From positions 69,576 through 133,575 of the forward strand of contig UQKM01000003.1 in NCBI GenBank assembly GCA_900541685.1: a DNA stretch of 64,000 nt. Direction: 5' to 3'. This document shows, piece by piece, positions 49,485-60,786 of the stretch. A program made the position numbers and the translations under genes. This DNA comes from an uncultured Collinsella sp. (GTDB taxonomy: Bacteria; Actinomycetota; Coriobacteriia; Coriobacteriales; Coriobacteriaceae). How positions within the stretch are numbered: position 1 is the first letter of the stretch; each line of letters begins with the position of its first letter. The notes beneath the pieces are model-generated. The model was not told where the DNA came from, made no database searches, and saw nothing but the letters and a program-made list of their open reading frames with translations.

Positions 49485-50066
49485 ATGTTTTGCGAAAAGT
49501 GCGGAGCACCCGTTTTGGATGATGCAAAGTTTTGTCCTGCTTGCGGCGAGCCCGTCAACGCTACGTCGGCTGCCGCGTCTGAGCCTCAGCCGGTACAGAT
49601 TCAGCCCGCCCCGGCACCTCAGCCTGCGCCTCAGGGCGCACCCACACCGCCACCCATGCCCGGTGCGGTTGAGCTCGATCGTAACTTTGGCATGATACTG
49701 CTGCTCGCTATTGTCACGTGCGGCATCTACGGCATCTATGCGTACTACAAAATATCTGAGGATGTCGCAACTATGTGCTCGGGCGACGGGGACGATATGC
49801 CCAACTACCTGATTGCAATCCTGCTGTCGTTCATTACCTGCGGCATCTATGGCCTGTGGTGGACATACCGTTTCGGCAATCGCATCCAGGCCAACGGTCC
49901 TCGCTATGGTCTTACCATTGCCGAGAGCGGCACGACGCTTCTGTTGTGGCAGCTGATCGGCGCCTTGCTGTGCGGCATCGGACCGATTATTGGTTTCTAT
50001 CTGATCGTCAAGAACGTCAACGCGATGGCGGCTGCCTACACTGCGCAGGTTACGGCACGTGCGTAG
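49485..50066 (+). CDS. zinc-ribbon + DUF4234-like membrane protein (paralogous N-terminus to the preceding gene)
   Basis: MFCEKCGAP...CPACGEP zinc ribbon, Pro-rich linker, 4 TM. SD GGAAGGAGG. Confidence 0.65.
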   Translation: MFCEKCGAPVLDDAKFCPACGEPVNATSAAASEPQPVQIQPAPAPQPAPQGAPTPPPMPGAVELDRNFGMILLLAIVTCGIYGIYAYYKISEDVATMCSGDGDDMPNYLIAILLSFITCGIYGLWWTYRFGNRIQANGPRYGLTIAESGTTLLLWQLIGALLCGIGPIIGFYLIVKNVNAMAAAYTAQVTARA

Positions 50067-50098
50067 CAACTCGGATTCACAAGCACGGTCCAAGACAA

Positions 50099-50135
50099 GG
50101 GGCGCGGCGGGGCTATTCCGCCGCGCCCTTTTGTT
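50099..50135 (+). terminator. intrinsic terminator (11-bp GC stem + TTTTGTT) lying inside the N-terminus of the next annotated ORF
   Basis: GGGGCGCGGCGG-ggctatt-CCGCCGCGCCC-TTTTGTT, read directly. Confidence 0.75.
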
Positions 50136-50145
50136 CGCCGCTATC

Positions 50146-50553
50146 TTGGCGCTGTCGTGCCTTGTGCTGTATGTGACGGGCATCGGCTGCCCGTTTAGGG
50201 CGCTTACGGGCATTCCGTGCCCGGGCTGCGGCATGACGCGCGCGTGGCTCGCGGCGTTTGGGCTCGATTGGCGTGCCGCGCTTGCGTATCATCCGCTGTT
50301 TTGGATGGTTCCCCCTATGTTTGCGCTGGCGTGCGCCAGGGACTATGTCACAACTTCGCGCACCCGAAAGACAATCGATGCGGCGCTGGTCGCAATATGC
50401 TTGCTGCTGGTTGCGGTGTGGGCAATCCGCCTGGTCAACCCCGCAGACGCCGGCCTGCTTTTTGGGGGCCATGTTCCTGTGGGGGTTCCTGCCGATATCA
50501 TTTATCTCGAGCAGCCACGCTGGCTCATCATCCTTCGCTCTTACCTGTCGTGA
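50146..50553 (+). CDS. DUF2752 domain membrane protein (start uncertain: TTG 50146, GTG 50164 or GTG 50173)
   Basis: CPFRALTGIPCPGCGMTRA motif. The ORF-track start at 50059 precedes a terminator, so it is implausible. Confidence 0.55.
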   Translation: MALSCLVLYVTGIGCPFRALTGIPCPGCGMTRAWLAAFGLDWRAALAYHPLFWMVPPMFALACARDYVTTSRTRKTIDAALVAICLLLVAVWAIRLVNPADAGLLFGGHVPVGVPADIIYLEQPRWLIILRSYLS

Positions 50554-50659
50554 CGGAGGATACGTTGGAAAAGCGGTCGACACATAAGCGGGGGCGAACG
50601 TTGAGATAACGTTCGCCCCCGCTTTGCTCTAGCCAGGTTGTTACGGGTGGGCGTGACGG

Positions 50660-52123
50660 CTACTCGTCGCGCTTCTCCTCGTGGCGAGCAGCGGCACGGG
50701 CATCGTGAATGCCCTTGATGGCGGCATGGCGGGCGGTGCGGGCGTCGTGCACGGCGTCGCGGGCCTCGGCGGCCGTTGCCTTGGCAGAGCGCAGCTTGGC
50801 CGCCAGGTCGGGATTGGTCTCGGCAACTGCGGCGATCGTGGGGCCGTCGAGCTCTTCTTGCGTGGGCTCGGCCAAAAAGTCGATGGCATACTGAGCGGCT
50901 ACCATGGAGCCCTTGGCGAGTACGCTCTCGTCGATCTTGTAGAAGCAGGAGTGCTGGGCATAGGTGGCGCCAATCTGGGGGTTGCGCGTGCCAACAAAGG
51001 CGAGCACGCCCGGCACACGGCGCAGGTACTCCGAGAAGTCCTCGCCCGAAAGCGTGCCGCGGTAATGGCCCTCGCCCGCGGGGCCCAGGCACTTGAGCAC
51101 AGCTTGGCGGCAGCGCTCGCTCGAGGCGGCATCGTTTTCGACCTTGTAGTTGGCGATGGTGTAGTCGGTGAGTTCGGCCTCGGCGCCCAGGGCCGCCGCA
51201 GTGTGCTCCACGATGCGGCGCATAAGCTCGGGCATCTCCTCATGCGTCTTGTCACCATAGGTGCGCACCGTGCCGGCGAGGTATGCCGTGCCGGCGATAA
51301 CGTTGCGCGCGGTGCCGCCGTGCAGTTCGCCGACGGTGATGACGGCGGGTTCGTAGGGGCTAATCTCGCGCGAGACGATGGTCTGCAGGGCGTTGACGAT
51401 TTCGGCGGCAACCATAACGGCGTCGTGGCCGCGCTGGGGCATGGCGCCATGGCACGAGGTGCCGCGGACGTCGATGCGGAACCAGTCGGTGTTTGCCATG
51501 CGCGGACCGGGCTCGCAGCTCACGGTGCCGGCATCGACCTCGCTCCAGATGTGCGCGGCATAGGCACCGTCGACGCCATCGAGTACGCCCGTGCCGATCA
51601 TGAGCTTGGCACCCTGGCCGTTTTCCTCGCTGGGCTGGAAAACGATGCGAATCTCGCCGTGGATGTCATCGGTCATGTGGCGCAGAATCTGCAACGTGCC
51701 GAGCATCATGGCGATATGGCAGTCGTGGCCGCAGGCGTGCATGCAGCCCTCGTTGACGCTGGCGAACTCCTCGCCGGTCTGCTCGGTGACGGGCAGGGCG
51801 TCGATGTCGGCGCGCAGCAGGATACGGCGGCGCGGCGTGCCGTCCTCGCGGTAGGCATCGGGCGCGGTGCCGCGGAGTGTCGCCACCAGGCCCGTCTTGA
51901 GTGGACGCTCGTAGGGGATATTCATGGCGTCGAGCTGGTTGGCGATGTCGGAAGTCGTGCGCTCCTCGGCAAGGCTCAGCTCCGGGTGCTTATGGAAGTG
52001 CCGGCGCTGCTTGATGATGTAGGGTTCAAACTCGGCGGCGATATCATGGATGGCCGCGGTGACGTCGTCTGCCGCGCGAACCTCGGTTGCTGCCATAATC
52101 TGCTGTGCCTTGGTTTTCGTCAT
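50660..52123 (-). CDS. M20D-family amidohydrolase (N-acyl-amino-acid / hippurate hydrolase-like) with about 70-aa C-terminal coiled tail
   Basis: M20 metal-binding regions (ACGHDCH; QPSEE). Start at the ATG 10 nt after GGAG. The ORF-track N-terminus beyond this point is antisense to the next gene. Confidence 0.8.
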   Translation of the reverse strand: MTKTKAQQIMAATEVRAADDVTAAIHDIAAEFEPYIIKQRRHFHKHPELSLAEERTTSDIANQLDAMNIPYERPLKTGLVATLRGTAPDAYREDGTPRRRILLRADIDALPVTEQTGEEFASVNEGCMHACGHDCHIAMMLGTLQILRHMTDDIHGEIRIVFQPSEENGQGAKLMIGTGVLDGVDGAYAAHIWSEVDAGTVSCEPGPRMANTDWFRIDVRGTSCHGAMPQRGHDAVMVAAEIVNALQTIVSREISPYEPAVITVGELHGGTARNVIAGTAYLAGTVRTYGDKTHEEMPELMRRIVEHTAAALGAEAELTDYTIANYKVENDAASSERCRQAVLKCLGPAGEGHYRGTLSGEDFSEYLRRVPGVLAFVGTRNPQIGATYAQHSCFYKIDESVLAKGSMVAAQYAIDFLAEPTQEELDGPTIAAVAETNPDLAAKLRSAKATAAEARDAVHDARTARHAAIKGIHDARAAARHEEKRDE

Positions 52124-52279
52124 GGTCGATTTGCTCCTTGCTGGGTTGATCGCAAAATCGTACAGGCTCTCTCCAGTATGCCACCTGCCGCTAGGGCTGG
52201 TAAAGTTGCCGTTTGCCGCTTGGAGTTTTGTTGCAAGGGCGGGGGAGTGCACTCGGGGGTGTTGAATTTCCTGCCAGAG

Positions 52280-53929
52280 ATGGGGATGCCCATGCAACAT
52301 ATCGATCGGATTATCCGCTCCAAGAACGTTTTTACCGCGCAAGACGGTATCGATACCGCCCGCGAGCTGGCGATTGCCATTGCGGGCGATCGCATCGTCG
52401 CAGTCGGTGCGCCCGATGACGTGATTGACGCCGCACCTGCCGCCACGCCGGTGGTCGATTACGGCGAGCAGTTTGTCTGCCCCGGTTTCCACGATGCGCA
52501 CCTGCATTTCTTCCATACCTCGGTTGGCTCCTCACCGTATATGCTCATGGATATGGGCACGTCCGAGGCGGCGCTGGTGCAGGACGCGCTCAAGTTTTCC
52601 CAGGACCTGCCCGACGACGCCTGGGTCGTGACGCAGGGCTGGCGCGATTACCGCTGGGATCCGCCCGAGCACCCTACCAAGGCCTCCCTCGATGCGGCAT
52701 TTCCTGATCGTCCCTGCGTTATGTACTCGGGCGACGGGCACACGCTGTGGCTCAACAGCCGCGCGCTCGAAGCACTCGGCGTGACGCGCGACAGCGAGCC
52801 GCCGGCGGGTGGCAGCTACGACAAGGATGCAAATGGCGAGCTCACGGGTATCGCTCACGAGGCTGCGGCCATGCAGCTGCTGCCGCGCTGTCTTGAGTGG
52901 CTGGGCGAGGATCGCATCGCGAGCGCGTATGCCGACCAAATGAAACGCATGGCCGAGCAGGGTATTACCTCGATTTGCGACATGTCGCTCATGCCCATGC
53001 CGGGCTGTGACTTTATTCGCGACGATGTTTACGACAAGCTGCAGGCCTCCGGCAAGCTGGGAATCCGCGCCCATTTGTTTCCCACGCTGTTGGATGACCA
53101 ATCGCGCTTGGAAGAGCTCCAGACCCGCTACGCGAACAATGCGCTGCTCTCGGCGCCAGGCTTTAAACAGTTCTTCGACGGCGTGTCGAGCGAGCATACT
53201 GCATACCTCACTGAGCCCTATACCAACCCGCGCTTCCCGGGCGACCAGGGCCGTCTGACGGTTCCTGTCGAGCGCATGCGCAAGTTGGTTCTGGCGGCAG
53301 CCGAGCGCGGCCACACCGTGCGCATCCACGTTATCGGCGACGGCGCCATCCATGCCGCACTCGATATCTTTGAGGAGGCGGCAGAGCTCTACGGTTTGCC
53401 CCCGCACGGCCATAATACGCTTGAGCATTTGGAGAATCTGCTGCCCGAGGACATCGATCGTCTGCGCAAGCTCAACGTCATTGCCTCGAGCCAGCCTTGC
53501 CACATCACGCTCGACCCGGGTGGCCCGGAGCGCGACCTGGGCCTGGAACGCAGCCGCATCATGTGGCCGTTCGCAACTTATCAGCAGCGCGGTATCCGTC
53601 AAGCTTTCGGTACCGACAGCCCCATCACGGCCGTTACCAGCATGAACGTGCTCTACACGGCTATCACGCGCCAAGATCCCCGCAGCCACTGGCCCGAGGG
53701 CGGCTGGCTGCCGAGCGAGCGTATCGACGCGGCAACGGCCCTGCGCAACTACACGCTTGGCAGCGCGTACGCAGCGGGCGACGAGCAAAAACTCGGCAGC
53801 CTAGAGCCCGGCAAATACGCCGACCTGGTAGTCCTGGACCAAAACCCGCTCGCCATCGACCCCCAAGAGCTGCAAGCCACCAAGGTTCAGGCCACCTACC
53901 TGGCGGGCAACTTAATCTACGAGCGCTAA
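52280..53929 (+). CDS. amidohydrolase-3 family metal-dependent hydrolase
   Basis: HDAHLHF metal-binding motif near the N-terminus and C-terminal D-aminoacylase-like region. Start among ATGs at 52280-52292 is uncertain. Confidence 0.8.
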   Translation: MGMPMQHIDRIIRSKNVFTAQDGIDTARELAIAIAGDRIVAVGAPDDVIDAAPAATPVVDYGEQFVCPGFHDAHLHFFHTSVGSSPYMLMDMGTSEAALVQDALKFSQDLPDDAWVVTQGWRDYRWDPPEHPTKASLDAAFPDRPCVMYSGDGHTLWLNSRALEALGVTRDSEPPAGGSYDKDANGELTGIAHEAAAMQLLPRCLEWLGEDRIASAYADQMKRMAEQGITSICDMSLMPMPGCDFIRDDVYDKLQASGKLGIRAHLFPTLLDDQSRLEELQTRYANNALLSAPGFKQFFDGVSSEHTAYLTEPYTNPRFPGDQGRLTVPVERMRKLVLAAAERGHTVRIHVIGDGAIHAALDIFEEAAELYGLPPHGHNTLEHLENLLPEDIDRLRKLNVIASSQPCHITLDPGGPERDLGLERSRIMWPFATYQQRGIRQAFGTDSPITAVTSMNVLYTAITRQDPRSHWPEGGWLPSERIDAATALRNYTLGSAYAAGDEQKLGSLEPGKYADLVVLDQNPLAIDPQELQATKVQATYLAGNLIYER

Positions 53930-54531
53930 TATTCATGCCGTACCGTTAAACGCGGCTCGGGCAGCCTATTCTGGGATGGCGCTCGAGCTGCGTTTGTTTG
54001 CCTATGGGGTCCGTTAGGAGCGCCCCCGCTCTGCTTGATTTGGGCGCGGGGCGGAGGCGCCGCTGCCCCGCGCTCAATTTGGACGTCAGTAATGCTGTCT
54101 CTTGGTGTTTTGAATACTTCCCATTGCAGATTGCATAAAAAGGTTGGATTGATTTTTCTGGTCCTGATGTACCCCCGCCTGGGCCGTGCAAAAAACGGAG
54201 TATTCAGCACCGCAAGCCCCGCCGGTGCCGCTACAGTCAGGTAACATCGCGGAGCTCGACGTTATTTTGCGGTCCGGTGTGGCGCGAAGCATGCCTTTTT
54301 GTCCTGACGGGGTTTGTCTGCCGACTCAAATCGCCGGTCGAAGGCATCCTTGGGACCAATATGGTTTGTCCGGCGCGTATGCAGCCGTCCTGGCCTGCTG
54401 AAAACTCCCAAAAATGCACGCTGCTCCCCAGGGGACCCGTGCGAGCGGCGAAAACCATGCCCAAGTCGCTGTCCGCATCGCCATTTTGCTGCACTGACTT
54501 TTCTGAATACCGGGCCCGAGATTGGTCAACC

Positions 54532-56595
54532 CTAGGCTCCCGGAGCTGCGTTGGGGTCGGTTTCGTTGGCGGCCGCCTGCTTATGGGTGGCAAAGACCGA
54601 GCCTTCGTGGTCGAAGAGCTTACGATATTGCATGCGGTCCAGGCGATCGCGCGCATTAGCGGTCTTGGCGGGAACGTTCTTGGCCTCGGCTGTATACCAA
54701 ACGCCGTGCGCATCCTGCGCCCCCACCACGTTTATCGCCGGCATGTGCGCTCGGTTTTGCAAGCGTGCGCGTTGGTAGGCGGTGAGCGGGGCACCGATGG
54801 CATTGAGTGCGAGTGCACCGACGTTATTGATGCTTGTGTTGAGTTCCCCACTCGTTTGTGCGTTGCCGGCGACATCGTAGTTCGCCCAGACCACATAGCG
54901 TGTCTGCCAGATGCGCTCGGTATGGGTGGCATCGTCCTCATCGGTAAAGTAGAGGTCGTTGTAGCGGTCGGTGAAGAACGGCTGGTGGTCGCCGTACATC
55001 ACCACGACGACGGGGCGGTCGAGATCACGCAGCTTTTCCAGGAAGGCGGCGAAGGCGGCATCGGACGCTTCCATGAGCGAGCAGTATTCATTGGTCCAGG
55101 TGATAACCTTGTCGGACACACCTTCGACGGCAAGGTGCAGTTGCTGGTCGGTGGGCACCAAGCCCGTGTCATAGGCGGAGTGGTTTTGCATCGTCACGTC
55201 GTGGATGAAGATCGGCTGGTCGCTCTGCTTTAGTACCTCGAGGCACTTGTCGTAGGTGGCGGCGTCGGTGACCTTGCGGCAGAGCTCGGGTGCGCCGGCG
55301 AAGTCCTCGATCGAGAGGAACTCGTCGAATCCCATGTCCGCGAAGACGTTCTCGCGATTCCAGTTGGTGGCGTGGTTGGGGTGCATGGCCACGGTGCGAT
55401 AGCCGAGTCTCTTGAACTGACGGGCGAGGTTCTCGCTCGGGGCCAGGTTGTAGGTCATGAACGGGTAGACGCCAGCGCCCAGGAATGCCATGGAGTGTCC
55501 GGTTAAGAACTCGAACTCGCTGTTACAGGTGCCGGCACCGAAGGCGCTCATGTAGCTCACTCCCTGCAGAAGCGCGTTGTCGATGGCTTTGAAGCGCTCG
55601 GGCCCCTTATAGCCGCAGCCCAGTTCGTTAAAGATTGAAAGGTCGGCGAAGGACTCGTTCATGATGCAGATGACTGAGGGCTTGAGCTGGTCAAACTGTT
55701 CGACGGCAGCGGCACGGGAGGGGTCGGCGATGCCGTTCGTGCCCGCGTTCCAGCGCGCGGCAAGGCGCTTGATGATCGCCGAGGCCTCACCGCTCTTGTA
55801 GTGCTTGGGTTTAGGCGGCACCATTTTTTGCGCGCTCGAAATGAAGGTGGGGAGAAACCCCTGACTGTAATAGCTCTCGAGGGGCTTCCAGGTATGAAGC
55901 TTGATGCCCAAGGTGTCGTAATAGCTGATGAAGGTCTGCGCCCCCAGCACGGCTCCGGCAACAAGTGCGGTACGACGGTCGACGGAGAGGGGGAGTTTGG
56001 ATTTGGTTGCGACTGGATGCTCCCTCGGCGCTGTCGATGTCCCCTCGGTTGCCGGAGACGCCTTTGGGTCCTTCGATTTCAAGGACGCAGACATCGTATG
56101 GTCGATGGGCTCGGGGGACGTTTCCGATGCGCGGTGCGGCGGTCGCCCACATGCATCATGCGGAATGAGGACGATAAGCGCGATTCCCAAGGCCGCGGCG
56201 GCAAGCCCCATGAAGCAGAAAGTGCTGAGCTCATAGGTGTAGCTGCCGGCGACCGTCGCAGCGGTCGAGAGGGCGAACAGGTCTCCGGGTTGGATGGGCA
56301 TCGATTTGAACGTGATTACGAAGTACTCGGCGATACCGATGCTGGCGAACGCAACGATGCCAACGATTGCGGGGGTCTTACGGCGGTGCGGCAGATAGAA
56401 CAACAGGCACAAGAAGCAGAAGATGAGCAAAAGCTCCAAAAGTGCCGGTCCGGGCTGCATCTTCCATAGTTCATGGTTGGAGGGCAGCTCGAGGGCGAGC
56501 ATCGAGCATATCGATGCGCCGCCGATCGTTGCCAGCGTACGGGGGTAGGGATGGTCGGTCATCCAGCTTTTCAGATGCTTCACGCTCATCTTCAT
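54532..56595 (-). CDS. LTA-synthase-family sulfatase-domain membrane protein (LtaS-like)
   Basis: N-terminal 5-TM region plus extracellular sulfatase domain. Confidence 0.85.
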   Translation of the reverse strand: MKMSVKHLKSWMTDHPYPRTLATIGGASICSMLALELPSNHELWKMQPGPALLELLLIFCFLCLLFYLPHRRKTPAIVGIVAFASIGIAEYFVITFKSMPIQPGDLFALSTAATVAGSYTYELSTFCFMGLAAAALGIALIVLIPHDACGRPPHRASETSPEPIDHTMSASLKSKDPKASPATEGTSTAPREHPVATKSKLPLSVDRRTALVAGAVLGAQTFISYYDTLGIKLHTWKPLESYYSQGFLPTFISSAQKMVPPKPKHYKSGEASAIIKRLAARWNAGTNGIADPSRAAAVEQFDQLKPSVICIMNESFADLSIFNELGCGYKGPERFKAIDNALLQGVSYMSAFGAGTCNSEFEFLTGHSMAFLGAGVYPFMTYNLAPSENLARQFKRLGYRTVAMHPNHATNWNRENVFADMGFDEFLSIEDFAGAPELCRKVTDAATYDKCLEVLKQSDQPIFIHDVTMQNHSAYDTGLVPTDQQLHLAVEGVSDKVITWTNEYCSLMEASDAAFAAFLEKLRDLDRPVVVVMYGDHQPFFTDRYNDLYFTDEDDATHTERIWQTRYVVWANYDVAGNAQTSGELNTSINNVGALALNAIGAPLTAYQRARLQNRAHMPAINVVGAQDAHGVWYTAEAKNVPAKTANARDRLDRMQYRKLFDHEGSVFATHKQAAANETDPNAAPGA

Positions 56596-56947
56596 CGTCT
56601 CTGTTCCTTACTCCTAGTTCAGCGTCTTCACGAGCTTCTCCAGGTTGTCGTTCATGATGGGTGGGTAATCCTCGCCGGCTTTAAGCTGTTTGTCAGTGAG
56701 CCCCTCGACGGGGTCGAGCTGGACGCATTGTCGTCAGAAGCGGCGAGAGCAAAGACCGCACTTAAAAGGGGCATATATGCCGCCGCCATGGGGCCAGGGT
56801 GACGAATAGGACGCCGCTTGGGATGGCGACGGTAGATTCGGTTGTCCATAGATTGCTCCTGAATTGAAAACGGCTGCGTCGGGGTGCCGACGGCCGAAGG
56901 CGATGCCGCTGTGGCACGCGGTAGCTATTTGATTCAATTGGGAGCCG

Positions 56948-57316
56948 CTAATCGTCCAGGCGGACCCTGAGGGATAATAGGGTGACCGGGGCATATGAAG
57001 ATCGCTCGGTGCCGATGACGGCTAGGGCGGAGATCAGCAAGAGGATGATGAACGATGTCGCGCCCACGGGGACGGTGTCACCGCCACGGGCGATCGACAG
57101 ATTGCCGGCGAGCTCGGCGCAGATGGTGCAGCCCGCGCCGGTGCAGTCATGATGCAACTCATGGGCGGCTGCGATGGGGGAGAGGATGGTTACCGCGAGA
57201 AGGGCGAAGACGAGAGCCAGGGCGAGCAGGCGAGTGCGAACGGGCGGCATGGAGTCGCGTGCATCGCGATTCGGTGCTATATCTCGCCATGCCGAGGTGC
57301 TCAGCTCATCAGTCAT
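56948..57316 (-). CDS. hypothetical small membrane protein with HHDCTGAGCTICA cysteine motif
   Basis: ATG after GGAAGGGAGGG. Two TM helices flanking a Cys/His-rich loop. Confidence 0.4.
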   Translation of the reverse strand: MTDELSTSAWRDIAPNRDARDSMPPVRTRLLALALVFALLAVTILSPIAAAHELHHDCTGAGCTICAELAGNLSIARGGDTVPVGATSFIILLLISALAVIGTERSSYAPVTLLSLRVRLDD

Positions 57317-57599
57317 CTGCCCTCCCTTCCTCTCATCTGGGCATATTTCATCTGGAGGATTGTAGTCTTGAGAAGCTGATTCACAAAGTTGCCGCGCTAA
57401 AACTTCATGCTTTCCGGTCCGCCTTGGGGCCGAGCATAAGTTATCCCCCGGCATTCAGAAAATCTAAGTGCCAAAAAATAAGATTTTTTGACTCTGTGTT
57501 GTATAACCCGCCATTCGTGGGTACCATTCAACGCGTACGCAAACAAAAAGGGTTAATTCGCGTGGCATAACCACGCGGCCCAAAAAGGAGGAGACAAGC

Positions 57600-57893
57600 A
57601 TGTCGTCTTTGAAGCCGCTTGCAGATCGTGTTCTGGTCAAGCCCGACGAGGCCGAGCAGAAGACCGCTTCTGGCCTGTATATCGCCAGCAACGCTCAGGA
57701 GAAGCCGCAGCGCGGCACCATCGTTGCCGTTGGCGCCGGTAAGGTCAACGACAAGGGCGAGCGCATCCCTATGGACGTTCAGGTCGGCGACGTTGTCATC
57801 TACGGTAAGTTCGGCGGCAACGAGGTCAAGGTCGACGGCGAGAAGTATCTGCTGATGCGCGCCGACGACATCTACGCCGTCGTCGAGGCCTAG
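57600..57893 (+). CDS. groES: co-chaperonin GroES
   Basis: Full-length Cpn10 (97 aa). Confidence 0.95.
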   Translation: MSSLKPLADRVLVKPDEAEQKTASGLYIASNAQEKPQRGTIVAVGAGKVNDKGERIPMDVQVGDVVIYGKFGGNEVKVDGEKYLLMRADDIYAVVEA

Positions 57894-57911
57894 TCTCGTC
57901 AGAATCTCTGA

Positions 57912-59627
<1,716 letters not shown>

Positions 59628-59653
59628 GGCCGACAAGGTCTAGAACTCCCACC

Positions 59654-59798
59654 GGGAATCCGGGGGCGTGACGGGGGTTTCTCTCCGGAACGTCCTCGGA
59701 CATGCAAAGAGGCTCCGCATCGCGCTTCGCGCTGCGGAGCCTCTTTGCGTCCTGCGGAATGTTCCGGAGAGAAACCCCCGTCACGCCCCCGGATTCCC
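59654..59798. repeat. 145-nt near-perfect palindrome 27 nt after groEL stop (38-bp outer stem, 12-nt internal bubble, 16-bp inner stem, 13-nt loop TCGCGCTTCGCGC)
   Basis: Read directly. Left arm 59654-59719, right arm 59733-59798. Confidence 0.8.
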
Positions 59799-60002
59799 TG
59801 CGTTTACGGCCTTGAGGTCGGCGGGCGGGGAAGGACGTGGTTGATAGGGATGCGTGTCCCCTTCGCTGTTTCGCGCTTTGCGCGAAAGGCGCGCTACTTT
59901 GGAATGGGTGGGGAACGTGGTTGTTGCGGCAACTGGTCCCAGCCATAAATTACCCTTGGCATACTTGCGCGAACGATTGCTCGTGCTACACTTGCAATTG
60001 CT

Positions 60003-60190
60003 GTTTCAGGGCGGGGTGGAATTCCCCACTGGCGGTAAATCGGGCGGTGTCAAAGGGGCGCCGTGGCGCAGGCGAGATGCCTGTGACCGAGCCGATGAGT
60101 CCGCGACCCGTGCGTACGTTGGTTCGCATGCCGGCTGAACTGGTGAAATCCCAGTACCAACGGTTAGAGTCCGGATGAAAGAGGCAGGTG
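60003..60190 (+). ncRNA. FMN riboswitch (RFN element)
   Basis: Conserved RFN segments GGGCGGGGTGGAATTCCCCACTGGCGGTAAA and CTGGTGAAATCCCAGTACCAACGGTTAGAGTCCGGATGAAAGAGGCAG, directly upstream of a RibU-type ECF S-component. Confidence 0.85.
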
Positions 60191-60195
60191 ATCTT

Positions 60196-60786
60196 ATGTC
60201 TGAACAGTCGCAGCATATCCATTTTGAGAACACGAATAGGTGGAGCACCAAACAGCTCGTTACTATGGCGTTGATGTGCGCCTTGGGAGCGCTGTTTATG
60301 TATGTGCAGCTGCCCATCCTTCCCTCGGCGCCGTTTTTGACGTATGACCCGTCGCTGGTGCCGGCGATGGTGTGTGGATTTGCGTATGGCCCTGGTGCCG
60401 GCACTGCCGTTGCCGCCATGGCGATCGTTATCCATGCGCTCACTACGGGTGACTGGGTCGGCGCGCTTATGAACCTGGTTGCCACGCTGGGCTACATTCT
60501 GCCTGCGGCTATCGTCTACCAAAAGATGCACACCTACAAGGGTGCCGTGATTGGCCTGGCGCTCGGCGTCATTGCCGCTACGGCGCTGTCCATGGTCGCG
60601 AACCTGACCATCGGCGTTTGGTTCTGGTATGGCTCGGTTGATGTGATCGCCCCGCTCATGCTTCCCGCCGTTTTGCCGTTTAACCTTATCAAGACCGTGC
60701 TCAACTCGGTGTTGACGCTGGCGGTGTACAAGGCGGTCTCTAATCTCATCACGCCCAAGAAGGACCAGGTCAAAGGCCGCGCATGA
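60196..60786 (+). CDS. ribU: ECF transporter S component, riboflavin-type
   Basis: 6-TM S-component under FMN riboswitch control. The ORF-track ATG at 60175 lies inside the riboswitch; the ATG at 60196 is preferred. Confidence 0.75.
   Translation: MSEQSQHIHFENTNRWSTKQLVTMALMCALGALFMYVQLPILPSAPFLTYDPSLVPAMVCGFAYGPGAGTAVAAMAIVIHALTTGDWVGALMNLVATLGYILPAAIVYQKMHTYKGAVIGLALGVIAATALSMVANLTIGVWFWYGSVDVIAPLMLPAVLPFNLIKTVLNSVLTLAVYKAVSNLITPKKDQVKGRA

Noticed and set aside
50681-52279. N-terminal 530 codons of the 1082-aa ORF 50681-53929
   Set aside because: This portion is antisense to the M20D amidohydrolase gene. The real amidohydrolase-3 gene starts at about 52280, where the HDAHLHF motif and the homology begin.
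56603-56758. 51-codon minus-strand ORF (MPLLSAVFALAASDDNASSSTPSEGLTDKQLKAGEDYPPIMNDNLEKLVKTLN) ending just upstream of the LtaS start
   Set aside because: The SD is weak (GGCGG) and there is no recognisable domain. It could be a real small protein coupled to ltaS, but the evidence is insufficient to call it.
60175-60195. ribU start at ATG 60175
   Set aside because: The codon lies inside the conserved 3' half of the FMN riboswitch (GGATGAAAGAGGCAG). The downstream ATG at 60196 is more plausible.
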